A stretch of 39,560 nt of DNA from Candidatus Hadarchaeota archaeon. GTDB lineage: Archaea; Hadarchaeota; Hadarchaeia; Hadarchaeales; Hadarchaeaceae. The position numbers and the translations under genes were made by a program. Numbering within the stretch: position 1 is the stretch's first letter; the number at the start of each line of letters is the position of its first letter. The notes under the pieces are model-generated. The model saw only the letters and a list, made by a program, of their open reading frames with translations, was not told where the DNA came from and made no database searches. The stretch is from NCBI GenBank assembly GCA_964514945.1, contig CAZESD010000004.1:1-39560 (forward strand), written 5' to 3'. This document shows, piece by piece, positions 1-9,894 of this stretch.

Positions 1-1960
1 TCGGACACTCTAGCCTCGCCGCCTCTACATAGATTTCCCCGCGTTCGGCCGCCTTTATCACGCTGCGCGTCGCCCCGCCGCGCAAGCTGACGGGGAAAAG
101 CACATGCACCGGAGGCTTCATCAACCGTGGATTTGCTTTCTCCGGTCTACCCATCCTGCACCCTATGCGCGTTGGGGCCTTCCGCTTCACGGGGAACCCG
201 GCCAGAATTTGAATTATTTCCATCACATCCTTCGCCGGGTTCTCACGCAAAGTTTCTTCGAGGCGCTCGCTGGTCAAACGCTGCCCGTTGAGTAGACCCA
301 AACACTTGCAGAGTGGCAGGGCACAATCATCGATCAAGATGTGTCCGTCCTCGACCATATGCGGCACCCCAACAACATCGAGCACTCGCTTGGGTGTCTG
401 ATTCAAGGTCAAGCGAAGCCCCTTGAGCTTACCATCCTCGAACTCCGGATCACCTCCCGCTAGCCAACTACCCAGCTCCCGGAGCTCCTCGATGCCGATA
501 TCGTGGAAAAGGTATGTGTACGCGGGGTGGAGCGGGCCCCCAAGTTTCTCGGATAGTTCCACCGCTAGGGATGGGGTGGGCTTTAAGTAGGGGGGTGAAA
601 GGTAAGGGGATAGGTCCGCGTCGAATTTCTTCCCCACAAGCACTTGCTCGACCTCTTGGGCCCACCACTCCTCGCTCCAGCCAGCTGGCATGAGCGGGTG
701 GTTGTTCTCGAGAAACTCACCAAACCCAATGAGGATGTCCCCAAGCGACAATATCTCGCTGACTCGATCCCTGAGCTCAAGTGCTTGCTCGACCGAATTC
801 ACCTGAACCACTGAGCCGTCGTCGAGCTTGACGATCGGCCCTTCGATTGAGTCCACGGGCGCTACAACGCCGCCCTTGCCTGGACGCTCCATCTTGAGCT
901 GGGTTCCAATTGCTATGAAATCATCACATATCGTCATCGCCGCGGGGTGAATTCCAACCGCAGCTATGCCTGTATTCCTAGCATGCCCGTAGCGAAGCCT
1001 GAATCCTCCTTCCCGACTCGGGTAAGAAAAAACGGGCCTGCCGGCGATTATCTCATCCAGATACTTGCTCCCCTTGGGGTAAGTCAACGCGGCCTCTTCT
1101 TTTGCCTGTGCTTTGGCAATTGACTCGGAGAGCCAGTCCCAGCCGTCGATGTTCAAATTGCTTACGTGCTTCATTATCTTCGGCGCCTTCTGCAGGACCC
1201 CTTCTACCAGGGCCAAAACCGCTCCTCCCCGGACGAGGTTGTGCCCTATCCGCTCAAGGTCACGGTAGGCGGTAACCGAGACATCCCGTTCAGTTGGTTC
1301 ACCTGTTATCTCCACGGGAATATTGCGCACGGCGGCGCGGATGTCGTCAGCGGATGGCGGGGTATATTGGAGGTGGGCGACATCGGTGGCGTAAAGATCC
1401 ACCTCCTCTACAAATCTCTCAATTTCGTTATCGGTTGGTTTGTAGGGGTCCAGATACAACTTTCGCCGCACGAAGTCCCCAGTGAGGACGGCGAGCGCAG
1501 CTGCGGTACCTCCCGCTGACCTAATTGGACCGGCGAAGTAAAGGGCGAGATAACGCGAGCCATCAAAATTTTTCCTTATCTCGACGTGGGTTATGCCCTC
1601 AAGCGGTGCCGCTGCAGCGATGCCCTCAGTGATTATCGCGAGCGCCGCCCGGACTGCCTGCTCGGCCGCTTGCTGCTCCTGAAATCTTCCAAAGTGACCG
1701 TCGACAATCATCTCAGCTATCTTCAGCGACAGCTCCTCGCGCGGCATCTCTTTCTCCAGCCCGCGTATCACCTCCGCCACGCCTAGGGGTCCAACAAGTT
1801 TCTCGACTCTCGCGGCGAGGTCTTCAGCCTGGGGGATCTCCGGCTCCAGCTCTGGGTCGTGGCCTAACGATCGGGCCTTCTTGGCTATCTCGTAAATTTC
1901 ACTAATTTGCCGTTCTAGCTCCTTGAAGTAAGCGTTCATCTCTTGGTTGGCGACTATCAT
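1..1960 (-). CDS. polC: DNA polymerase D large subunit DP2 (5' part; runs off window start)
   Basis: Hand translation of the minus strand from ATG at 1960 gives MIVANQEMNAYFKELERQISEIYEIAKKARSLGHDPELEPEIPQAEDLAARVEKLVGP, later YFAGPIRSAGGTAA and GRPVFSYPSREGGFRLRYGHARNTG, typical of DP2. Absent from the ORF track because the stop lies outside the window. ATG overlaps the stop of the upstream HAD gene (ATGA). Confidence 0.95.
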   Translation of the reverse strand, partial: MIVANQEMNAYFKELERQISEIYEIAKKARSLGHDPELEPEIPQAEDLAARVEKLVGPLGVAEVIRGLEKEMPREELSLKIAEMIVDGHFGRFQEQQAAEQAVRAALAIITEGIAAAAPLEGITHVEIRKNFDGSRYLALYFAGPIRSAGGTAAALAVLTGDFVRRKLYLDPYKPTDNEIERFVEEVDLYATDVAHLQYTPPSADDIRAAVRNIPVEITGEPTERDVSVTAYRDLERIGHNLVRGGAVLALVEGVLQKAPKIMKHVSNLNIDGWDWLSESIAKAQAKEEAALTYPKGSKYLDEIIAGRPVFSYPSREGGFRLRYGHARNTGIAAVGIHPAAMTICDDFIAIGTQLKMERPGKGGVVAPVDSIEGPIVKLDDGSVVQVNSVEQALELRDRVSEILSLGDILIGFGEFLENNHPLMPAGWSEEWWAQEVEQVLVGKKFDADLSPYLSPPYLKPTPSLAVELSEKLGGPLHPAYTYLFHDIGIEELRELGSWLAGGDPEFEDGKLKGLRLTLNQTPKRVLDVVGVPHMVEDGHILIDDCALPLCKCLGLLNGQRLTSERLEETLRENPAKDVMEIIQILAGFPVKRKAPTRIGCRMGRPEKANPRLMKPPVHVLFPVSLRGGATRSVIKAAERGEIYVEAARLECP

Positions 1961-2769
1961 CTGTCCACCAAATCCTTTATGCTATCGATAACGAAATCAG
2001 GAGTAATTTTCATGCCCCTGGCTTTCACGATATCTCGCCTCTTGCTCACGCCGCTGAGCACGAGAATAGTCGTGAGCCCTGCACGCTTGCCAGCAGTTAT
2101 ATCAGTGCCGAGGCGATCTCCAACTATTGCCGTTCCGCTTGGTTTTGAATGGAGAATTCCCAGCGCGATTTTTATCATTCGCAGCGATGGCTTGCCCAAC
2201 ACCACGCTCGGCTTTTTGCCCGAGCAGCCCTCGAGTGCACCTATTATTGTCCCAGCCCCCGGGGAGAGCCCATCCTCGGTTGGATAGGTTGCATCCGCAT
2301 TTGTCGCGATGAATTTGGCCCCCGCTAAGAGAGCACGCAGAGCTCCGGTCAACTTCTTATTGTTAATCTTACGATCCATACCTACAACTACGTGAGTCGC
2401 CTCCTCAGCTCTCTCGTACGGTACGAGCTTCAGACCCGCTCGCTTGAGTTCCGACCTTAGCCCCTTCTCACCGACCATGTAAACCTTAGCCCGCAGTGAA
2501 CGTTTTCTGAGGTAAAGTGCAGCCACAAATCCGGATGTCATTATTTCTGACTCGCGTGCTGCTATTCCCATACGCGCCAACTTTCGCGCGTAAGCTCTGC
2601 GGGTTTCAGCCGAATTATTCGTGGAGAAAACTATCCTTTTGCCCCTCTTTCGAAGCCATCTAACCGCCTCCGCTGCCCCCTTGATCGGCGTCTTACCGAG
2701 ATAAAGCACGCCGTCCATGTCCAAGATAAAGACCGAAATTCTATCGACCACTTGAGTGAGCTCACGCAA
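1957..2769 (-). CDS. HAD-superfamily class IIA hydrolase (NagD-like phosphatase)
   Basis: Motifs DMDGV (I), STNNS (II), GKPS (III), IVGDRLGTDI (IV), and ATNAD in the cap domain. Confidence 0.92.
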   Translation of the reverse strand: MRELTQVVDRISVFILDMDGVLYLGKTPIKGAAEAVRWLRKRGKRIVFSTNNSAETRRAYARKLARMGIAARESEIMTSGFVAALYLRKRSLRAKVYMVGEKGLRSELKRAGLKLVPYERAEEATHVVVGMDRKINNKKLTGALRALLAGAKFIATNADATYPTEDGLSPGAGTIIGALEGCSGKKPSVVLGKPSLRMIKIALGILHSKPSGTAIVGDRLGTDITAGKRAGLTTILVLSGVSKRRDIVKARGMKITPDFVIDSIKDLVDR

Positions 2770-4348
2770 AATGAATCACCCTAACTTTGCGGGTTTGTAG
2801 ATCGAAGACGGGCACGATTCCCGGCGTAGGCTTCACCCCGAGCCGCCGCATGTAGATAGTCGTCTCCTGAAAGGTTCCTGAGTTAACCACTTCCACATTA
2901 CGATACCGCTCGTACCCGTAAACGTGCATATGGCCGCAATGAAAAACATCAGGTACTTTTTCTATCACGAGGTAATCCTGCTGCTCTGGCGATATTGCCG
3001 TGCGCCCCCCATAAACCGGGGCAAGGTGCCTCTTCTGCAAAAGTTTAATCATGGAAGGCGTGGATTTCTGCCGGTTCAACCCGGGCATCGTTGCTATTAA
3101 GTCGTCGAAGCTTCTGCCGTGATAGATTAGAAAATTAACACCATGAAGCGATACCCACGCCGGATTCCCGACCATGACCGAGTTCAAATCGTAGAGGCCT
3201 CCCGCGATATCCTTTGGGATTGCCGGCTGGGGCTCGGTGGGGCGCACGGCATCGTGGTTACCAGGTGCTATGATGATAGTGATATGCTCGGGCACTTGAG
3301 CCAGGAGCTTAGCTGCGGCATCGTACTGCTTGGTAATATCATTGATGAGTAACTCCTCTCCCTGCTGGGGGTATACCCCAACCCCATCAACTATGTCGCC
3401 TGCGATAACCAGATACTTAACTCTGCTCGCTAGCTCCTGCTGTTGGGCGCTGCCAGTCTCACCTCGCAACCAATTCACAAACTTCATGAACACATCTTCG
3501 AGAAACATCTCGCTCCCGATGTGCAAATCCGATATAAGCGCCACGCAGGCAGGATCCTCAGCACGGGAGAGCTCACGCGTGATAGGTAGATCAGGCCAGA
3601 TGATATCTCTGACGAATAATCGCGGGGCGCGGTCTCCACTCCGCACATTTCCCACAATCCCAACTACCTCATCCACGACCACCTCTGCCGCCTTCCGCAT
3701 GCGCTCCCTCTGCCCCTTGAAGACCCACGCCGATGCCCGACCGTTCAAATCCTCTATCTCTAAAACTACGTGGCCCCCTGAGGTCTCTCGTTTTTCCGAG
3801 ACCATCCCAATCACCTTTACCAATTCCCTGCTCTCGAAGTTTTTCAGGCTACTGATCGGGACCGCGTCGTGGAGATCGACGCGCTTCCGGAGGATGCGGC
3901 TCAAGCGTTCATAACGGTCCTTAAACACGTTCACGAAGTCTTTCAGTTTTCCTTCCGTGTAGCTCCGTCCGGTGATATCTTTAAGCACCTCGACGCGGGG
4001 TTCGAATTCGCTTGCCCTAGGTTTGAATTTGGTGCGGGTGAGTTCGGGTAATTTTTCTGCAACTTCTCTAGCTTTGGGCGCCTCCTCCCCTTCAGGCATG
4101 CTCGGTCTGGGTAGGGGAACCGTGGGTGTGGGGCCTGTTTCAATGCTCACTTCTTCCAGAATTTTTGTGATAAGGTCAGCCGTTATTAGAAAGGGTCTCC
4201 CCCCCATTTCTCTAAGGCTAACTAACACTCGCTCGGCCGCGGACTCTGTGTCCTCCCGCTTGCGCAGCGCGTCGAGCGCATCCCGCGTCAGCTGCATATC
4301 CGCATCCATGAACCTGCGAACCAACGAGGCATCGTCCATAAAACCCAC
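2762..4348 (-). CDS. polB: DNA polymerase D small subunit DP1 (3'-5' exonuclease)
   Basis: OB fold followed by calcineurin-like phosphoesterase motifs SDLHIGS, AGDIVDG, PGNHDA, YHGRS, HCGHMH; lies between cdc6 and DP2. Confidence 0.95.
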   Translation of the reverse strand: MGFMDDASLVRRFMDADMQLTRDALDALRKREDTESAAERVLVSLREMGGRPFLITADLITKILEEVSIETGPTPTVPLPRPSMPEGEEAPKAREVAEKLPELTRTKFKPRASEFEPRVEVLKDITGRSYTEGKLKDFVNVFKDRYERLSRILRKRVDLHDAVPISSLKNFESRELVKVIGMVSEKRETSGGHVVLEIEDLNGRASAWVFKGQRERMRKAAEVVVDEVVGIVGNVRSGDRAPRLFVRDIIWPDLPITRELSRAEDPACVALISDLHIGSEMFLEDVFMKFVNWLRGETGSAQQQELASRVKYLVIAGDIVDGVGVYPQQGEELLINDITKQYDAAAKLLAQVPEHITIIIAPGNHDAVRPTEPQPAIPKDIAGGLYDLNSVMVGNPAWVSLHGVNFLIYHGRSFDDLIATMPGLNRQKSTPSMIKLLQKRHLAPVYGGRTAISPEQQDYLVIEKVPDVFHCGHMHVYGYERYRNVEVVNSGTFQETTIYMRRLGVKPTPGIVPVFDLQTRKVRVIHFA

Positions 4349-5628
4349 TACACGAGAGTCAACTGCCGCGGAATTGGAAGCGTTTCAATGCCGATGGGAT
4401 GCTCCTCCTGAACTGCCGCCCTAGCTTGGATTGGCGGGATGCTCAACTTTATTTCCTTGGTCCGCCCGTAGCGACCCTTGCTGATAATCTGGGCGTTGAC
4501 GATTCCCAGCATGTCGAGCTCGGAAATCAAATCGCTGACGCGGCGCTGCGTTAGCACGTCCAGCCCACCCTGTACGCAAAGTTTGCGGTATACCGTGTAC
4601 ACGTCGCCCGTCACTATCTTGCGCGAGTTTTTCTCCGTTAATAGCACAACGCTGAAAAGTACCAGTTTCGACTGCGATGGCAGTGTTCGGACGACTTCTA
4701 CCATTTTGTCCTTCTCCATCTTCTCGAAGGCCCGCCTGACATGGGCAACAGTGACCAGCTCCACACTTTCACGCTCGGCCAGTTCTCCCGCGGTACGAAG
4801 TAGATCGAGGGCTCGTCGAGCATCACCATGTTCGCGAGCTGCATGGGCTGCGCAGAGCGAAATCACCCCCTCACCCAACACATCATCAGCAAAGCTCATT
4901 GCCACTCTTCTTTCCAATATGTCTTTGAGTTGAAGCCCGTTGTATGGGGGAAAAACGATTTCCTCCTCGCTAAGGCTGCTCCGAACGCGGGGGTCCAAGT
5001 AGCCAACGAAGTTCAAATCGTTGGAGATGCCCACGATGCTCACCTTTGCCTTCATCAGATCGGAATTCATACGAGTCAGATTGTAGAGGACTTCATCTCC
5101 GCTCTTCAGCACGAGCCTGTCTATTTCGTCAAGCACGATTACCGCGAGCTGTGGGTCGTGATCGAGTGCCCTGAAAAAACACCTGTATACCTCGTCAGTC
5201 GGCCAGCCCGTCATAGGAACGCTTTCGGGAAAACCGAGGGAATCCACATACTCCCTACCGTAGCGCTCCCTGATCTTATCCAAGAAGATGTTCGCAAGCG
5301 TCGCGAGAATTCTGTACTGGGTGTTGACGATCTCGCAGTTCAGATAAACCGGTTCAATCATCCGAGGCGCACGATCGCTCACGCGCTTCAGCTCCTTCAT
5401 CATGTACTTTACGCTAGCTGTCTTCCCAGTCCCCGTCTTGCCGTAGATGAACAGATTCGACGGCGTTTCCCCCCGTAGGGGAGCCACAAGTATCCGCGCG
5501 AGCTGATGAATCTGCTCATCCCGGTGCGGTAGTTCCTCGGGTGTGTAGCTCGGCCGCAGATACTCCCGGTTTTTGAATATCGGCCTCGTCTCCAACAGCA
5601 TGTCGAACAGGCCTTCCGATCTCCTCAT
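4348..5628 (-). CDS. cdc6: Orc1/Cdc6 replication initiator
   Basis: LPHR, Walker A GKTGTGKT, Walker B VLDEID, HGDARRALDLL, and winged-helix SELDMLG..SKGRYGRT; SD GGAGG upstream. Confidence 0.96.
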   Translation of the reverse strand: MRRSEGLFDMLLETRPIFKNREYLRPSYTPEELPHRDEQIHQLARILVAPLRGETPSNLFIYGKTGTGKTASVKYMMKELKRVSDRAPRMIEPVYLNCEIVNTQYRILATLANIFLDKIRERYGREYVDSLGFPESVPMTGWPTDEVYRCFFRALDHDPQLAVIVLDEIDRLVLKSGDEVLYNLTRMNSDLMKAKVSIVGISNDLNFVGYLDPRVRSSLSEEEIVFPPYNGLQLKDILERRVAMSFADDVLGEGVISLCAAHAAREHGDARRALDLLRTAGELAERESVELVTVAHVRRAFEKMEKDKMVEVVRTLPSQSKLVLFSVVLLTEKNSRKIVTGDVYTVYRKLCVQGGLDVLTQRRVSDLISELDMLGIVNAQIISKGRYGRTKEIKLSIPPIQARAAVQEEHPIGIETLPIPRQLTLV

Positions 5629-6115
5629 TTCTACCTACCTCCTCTCCTACCTTCTCAAATGATTCTTTCAATCGCTTGTTCCAGCTGTCGAGTGCCACGG
5701 CCAAGCGATTGATCAGGAATAGCTCTTGGGGCGGCAGGGGGCCAACGCTCTCTGGGGAAAGCGCCAAACGAACCAACTTTGGGATTCTAATTTCCATCAG
5801 GGTTGAGACCTGGGTCTGAATCTCCTCGGCTTCCTCGTGCCGCTCAGCCGCCCGTGCAAATGCTATCTTTTGAGCAACCGACGAATAGAAATCATCTGGA
5901 AGGGGTGTGAGCCCAGATTCACGCTCCTCCGCCAAGAGGAGCTTCCGGAGCTCCGTTGATGTGAGTTTCTGAAGGGACTCCACAATCCCGTGACGCTCAA
6001 GGACTGCGGCCTCCCATGCCTCAAGCTGTGTTTCCTCCCCCTCCGCCAGTGGGCCCAGCTGCCTGCCCACCAACTTTATCGCTGGTAAATCCTTAAGGAC
6101 TCGAACGCGTCTCAT
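5516..6115 (-). CDS. GINS complex subunit, Gins23 type (B-A domain order)
   Basis: N-terminal beta domain (VRVLKDLP..GPL..G..WEA..L..GIVE) then helical domain (LLAEER..LTPLPDDFY); directly downstream of mcm. The 3' end overlaps cdc6. Confidence 0.75.
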   Translation of the reverse strand: MRRVRVLKDLPAIKLVGRQLGPLAEGEETQLEAWEAAVLERHGIVESLQKLTSTELRKLLLAEERESGLTPLPDDFYSSVAQKIAFARAAERHEEAEEIQTQVSTLMEIRIPKLVRLALSPESVGPLPPQELFLINRLAVALDSWNKRLKESFEKVGEEVGRNEEIGRPVRHAVGDEADIQKPGVSAAELHTRGTTAPG

Positions 6116-8140
6116 TTACTTCACCGCTCGTGTGACCATACCCTGCTTCGGCTCGTACAGGTGGCCCCTCATTTTCTCTTGCTCAATCAGCTCTTCCACA
6201 AATGACTGTTTGATCCCCTCAGACTCGGCGATGCGCTTTATTTCCTCGACCGGCGCCGCCCCGCCGTACTGGCCCTCAAGCTCCTTGATGATATCCAGCA
6301 CGCGGCGGATGTTATCTCGCTGGGATTTCGCCTTGCCTGTCATGAGCACGTCGATATCCAGCCTCCCCGTTTCGGTGTCGATCCCGGCCTCCTGAAGGGA
6401 GTGTTTGATGAGCTTAATTGCACAATTCGCATCCTCGAGTGTGACACGATCGCTTAACCTCATTCGGGCGTTCGCCTTCGCCAGCCGTACAATAGCCTCG
6501 AGCTGCCTCACCGTGATCGGGAGCGGTGCCTCCCCTCGCTCGGCTACTCTCCTCCAATCGACGAAAAAATCCTCGACCGTCTTCATGGCCTCCTTGTCAT
6601 CAAATTTTGGGTGGATGTTCTGACGCGCGTAGATGATAATTTTACGCAGGAACTCTAAGTCGATAGGCGGCTTGATCACTTTCTTGTGAGCGCTGTGTAG
6701 GTCTAAGATGTGGTGGGCTATGGTCCGATCTAGGTCGGCGCGCGGTTCATCGCGCATAATGAATACCAAGTCGAACCTAGAGAGAATCACGGGATCTAGG
6801 GGAACTTGCTGCGCGATAGTGAGATTTTTCTCAAACCTGCCTAGTTTTGGGTTGGCCGCTGCGAGCACAGCGGTGCGGGTGTTGAGAGTTGCGACGATTC
6901 CCGCCTTGGCTACACTAATCGTCTGCTGCTCAAGTGATTCTAGAATCGCGCTCGAGTCCTCTGACCTCATTTTCTCAAATTCATCGATGCTTGCTAAGCC
7001 ACCGTCCGCGATCACAAGTGCTCCTGCCTCGAGGGCCCAGCCGCCGCCTATCTCATCGCGGACCGCAGCCGCTGTAAGCCCGGCGCCCGTTGCTTTCATG
7101 CCAGAGGTATAGAGGCCGCGTGGGGCGACGTTCGCGGCCCACTTGAGTAGCTGGGACTTGGCCACGCCAGGATCTCCGGTCAAGAGAACGTGGGTATCGC
7201 CTCGAATTCTCGTTCCGTCTAGCAAATCTATTGCCTCGCAGCCGAATAGCTGTAGCGCGATCGCCTCCTTGATCGCGTCGTGCCCATAGATGCTCGGAGC
7301 AATTGACTGGATGATTTTGTTTCTGATCCAAGGGTCCTTCGCGAGCTCCTTAATTTTGACCTTGTCCTCCGGAGTCAGCTCAGCCTCTTCAACACCCTTC
7401 TGCAAGACCTCGATGTGGCTGACGAATAATATCTTCCGAAATGTCTTCTTTCGCTCATGGCGCCTGCCCTCCTGAAAGACGCGCAAAACGCCCGTAATCA
7501 CCAAATGGTTCCCCGGCACCGCCTTATCGACAAAATCGTCTCTGACTATGCCGTCCAACCTTCGAGGCATCCGCCCGCCGCGCAGCCTCTCGGGGGGCTC
7601 CTGCAAGCACAAGCTTTGCCAGTCGCGAAAAACTGTGCTTTCAATCACAAGGTCGAACGGGCCCTTCATACCGCAGTTCGGGTTCTCGCAAACGAGGGGC
7701 TCCCTGAAGAGTTCACCGACCTGAAGTATCCTGTTCTCCTCCCCGCAACGTCTGCATTTGAATACCGCCTCCGTCGCCTCCGGCTTTACCTCGCCTGCCC
7801 GTGTCAGGATTCCCTCAACCTGGATGAACTTGCCTACGTGCTCAGCGCGAATTTTGCGAATTTCTGTTGACTTATCGAGCCCCATCACGCGCAAGCGCAT
7901 TCCGGGAACCTTTGTTATACCCTCTAATGCAGCGGCAGCGGTATCAAAAAAATCAGATGGAGAATCTAGAAGGCTTTTAACTAGTTCCATGTCGAATTCT
8001 AGAAGCCGTTCGAAGGCGATCACGAGCGATTTTCGCCCGGCTGCCGCTATCCTGCGCAACTCCTTGAGGATCTCCCTGCGGTGCAGAAACTTCTCCAGCT
8101 TTTCCTTAACCTTCGGCTCCAATTTTTCCACCTCGAGCAA
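6116..8140 (-). CDS. mcm: MCM replicative helicase
   Basis: Zn finger CRRC..CENPNC, Walker A GDPGVAKS, Walker B IDEFEKM, arginine finger SRFD; no intein seen. Exact start (TTG vs a nearby GTG) is uncertain. Confidence 0.96.
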   Translation of the reverse strand: MLEVEKLEPKVKEKLEKFLHRREILKELRRIAAAGRKSLVIAFERLLEFDMELVKSLLDSPSDFFDTAAAALEGITKVPGMRLRVMGLDKSTEIRKIRAEHVGKFIQVEGILTRAGEVKPEATEAVFKCRRCGEENRILQVGELFREPLVCENPNCGMKGPFDLVIESTVFRDWQSLCLQEPPERLRGGRMPRRLDGIVRDDFVDKAVPGNHLVITGVLRVFQEGRRHERKKTFRKILFVSHIEVLQKGVEEAELTPEDKVKIKELAKDPWIRNKIIQSIAPSIYGHDAIKEAIALQLFGCEAIDLLDGTRIRGDTHVLLTGDPGVAKSQLLKWAANVAPRGLYTSGMKATGAGLTAAAVRDEIGGGWALEAGALVIADGGLASIDEFEKMRSEDSSAILESLEQQTISVAKAGIVATLNTRTAVLAAANPKLGRFEKNLTIAQQVPLDPVILSRFDLVFIMRDEPRADLDRTIAHHILDLHSAHKKVIKPPIDLEFLRKIIIYARQNIHPKFDDKEAMKTVEDFFVDWRRVAERGEAPLPITVRQLEAIVRLAKANARMRLSDRVTLEDANCAIKLIKHSLQEAGIDTETGRLDIDVLMTGKAKSQRDNIRRVLDIIKELEGQYGGAAPVEEIKRIAESEGIKQSFVEELIEQEKMRGHLYEPKQGMVTRAVK

Positions 8141-8590
8141 CAGCGGCAGATGGAAGAGGTAGTGAGGTGTATTTAGTAAATGTGGTGAAAATTTTGAACT
8201 TTAAGTTTAAAGTTTGAGAAACTTTTGTGCACATCCTAAAATCTTCTATGTCCCAATTTTTCATCCCCGACAAATTGAGCACTCCAACGCTAAACGGCTG
8301 GTTTGGCACTTTTATTTGAATATGCACCCTTGCTTCCCCCAATAAAACCTAAAAGAGATTTTTTGATGTCATTTTTGGGGAGAGGTCACCGAAAGTATTC
8401 CCAATCCTAAATTCCTGAATTTTCATAGTCTATTTTCAAAATGCCCTTAAAATAGCGGCTTTTCTACAACGCGTCTCTTTATTATCTGAGTTCGAGTGGA
8501 AACAGTCGAAAACAGGGGAAACGTAGGTCCTAAAGCTTTGAGTTCTGAGTTAAGCTTCAATTTTAAATTTTGGGAGTCGCCTTTTTACGA
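8141..8590. other. Probable replication origin (oriC) region: AT-rich, with ORB-like boxes
   Basis: 450-bp AT-rich gap upstream of the mcm-cdc6 cluster. ORB-like GTTCGAGTGGAAAC at 8490-8503 followed by GGGG at 8515-8518; weaker inverted box (minus strand GGGGGAAGCAAGGGT) at 8326-8340. Confidence 0.6.
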
Positions 8591-9889
8591 CTAACGTATT
8601 TTCACGTACTCGTATGCCTGCGTCGCGGACTCAAAACAATAGTGAACCTTTTGATAATCACGCCTGAACTCGGCCACATCGGCTGCAACACGCTTGGTTT
8701 CCTCCCCATCGACGATCACCCGCTTGATGAACTCCGCTATCTCCTCCATTTCGCTCTCTTTCATGCCGAGCCTCGTCACCTCAGAAGTCCCCAGCCTTAG
8801 GCCACCTGGATTCCTAAAGTGCCTTCCTTCTCTGGGATCCCAAGGTAAGAGCTCACGGTTGAGTATCACGTTGGCTTGCTCAAGTTTTCGCTCAAGCACC
8901 CCCCCATCTCCGTACTTGGTAACGTCTATGGCGAGGGTGTGCGAGGCCGTGAAGCCCTGATCTGGGCACAGAACTGCTAGTCCCCGGTCGTAGAGTGCCT
9001 TCCCGAGAGCCTTCGCGTTTTTCACTATTTGCGCCGTGTACTCCTTCCCGAACTCCAACATCTCCGCGAGAACCACCGCAAGACCCGCCACAGCGTGCAG
9101 GTGGTGGTTGCTCACCATACCTGGGAATACCCCTCGATTTATCGGGTCCGCCAGCTCCTTTTTGCACAAAATCATGCCGTGCTGGGGCCCTGGGAGGGTC
9201 TTGTGGGTGCTGCAGGTTATCACCTCGGCGCCCTCGCGCAGGGGATCCTGGAACTGGCCGCCTCCAATAAGACCGATGACGTGGGCGGCGTCGTACGCTA
9301 CGTGCGCGCCGTGCTCCTTGGCCACCTCGCTTAGCTCCTTAACTGGGTGTGGAAACAAAAATAAGCTCCCCCCGAATGTCACAAGCTTTGGCTTTAACTC
9401 CGCTATCTTCTTGACAGTCGCCTCTACGTCGATGTTCATGCGCTTCTCATCGAAGGGGAAATATTCGACCTCCAGACCGTGAACCGCCCCTGCCGCTCCT
9501 CCAAATTTCTTCTTCCCCATGGTGATGTGCCCCCCGGCGGCTATGGAAAGACACATCATGGTATCTCCGGGGTCTGTTAGCGCCGTGTACATGGCTAGAT
9601 TGGCGACGGCCCCCGAAACTGGCTGCACGTTCGCATGCTCCGCCTTGAAGAGCTCTCGGGCCAACTCCATGGCTAGCAGCTCGACTTGGTCGATATAGAT
9701 ACATCCAGCGTAGACCCGCTCTCCCGGCATTCCTTCAGCATAACGCCCACCGAAATCTGTGGTGAGCGCCTCCCGAACCGCCGGGGATTGCACGTTCTCG
9801 CTAGCTATCAGGGGCAAAACTGTCTTAAACCACTCATGGTGCTTTTGCAACAGCCCCAACGTCCGGTCGTATGCTTCTCTCGGTCGCAT
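8591..9889 (-). CDS. glyA: Serine hydroxymethyltransferase (archaeal type)
   Basis: LIASEN, RYAEG, YDAAH, and PLP lysine motif STHKTLPGPQHG. Confidence 0.96.
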   Translation of the reverse strand: MRPREAYDRTLGLLQKHHEWFKTVLPLIASENVQSPAVREALTTDFGGRYAEGMPGERVYAGCIYIDQVELLAMELARELFKAEHANVQPVSGAVANLAMYTALTDPGDTMMCLSIAAGGHITMGKKKFGGAAGAVHGLEVEYFPFDEKRMNIDVEATVKKIAELKPKLVTFGGSLFLFPHPVKELSEVAKEHGAHVAYDAAHVIGLIGGGQFQDPLREGAEVITCSTHKTLPGPQHGMILCKKELADPINRGVFPGMVSNHHLHAVAGLAVVLAEMLEFGKEYTAQIVKNAKALGKALYDRGLAVLCPDQGFTASHTLAIDVTKYGDGGVLERKLEQANVILNRELLPWDPREGRHFRNPGGLRLGTSEVTRLGMKESEMEEIAEFIKRVIVDGEETKRVAADVAEFRRDYQKVHYCFESATQAYEYVKIR

Positions 9890-9894
9890 TTAGT

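Noticed and set aside
8106-8342. 78-aa ORF in the origin region
   Set aside because: AT-rich, no recognisable motif, overlaps the mcm start out of frame; likely spurious.
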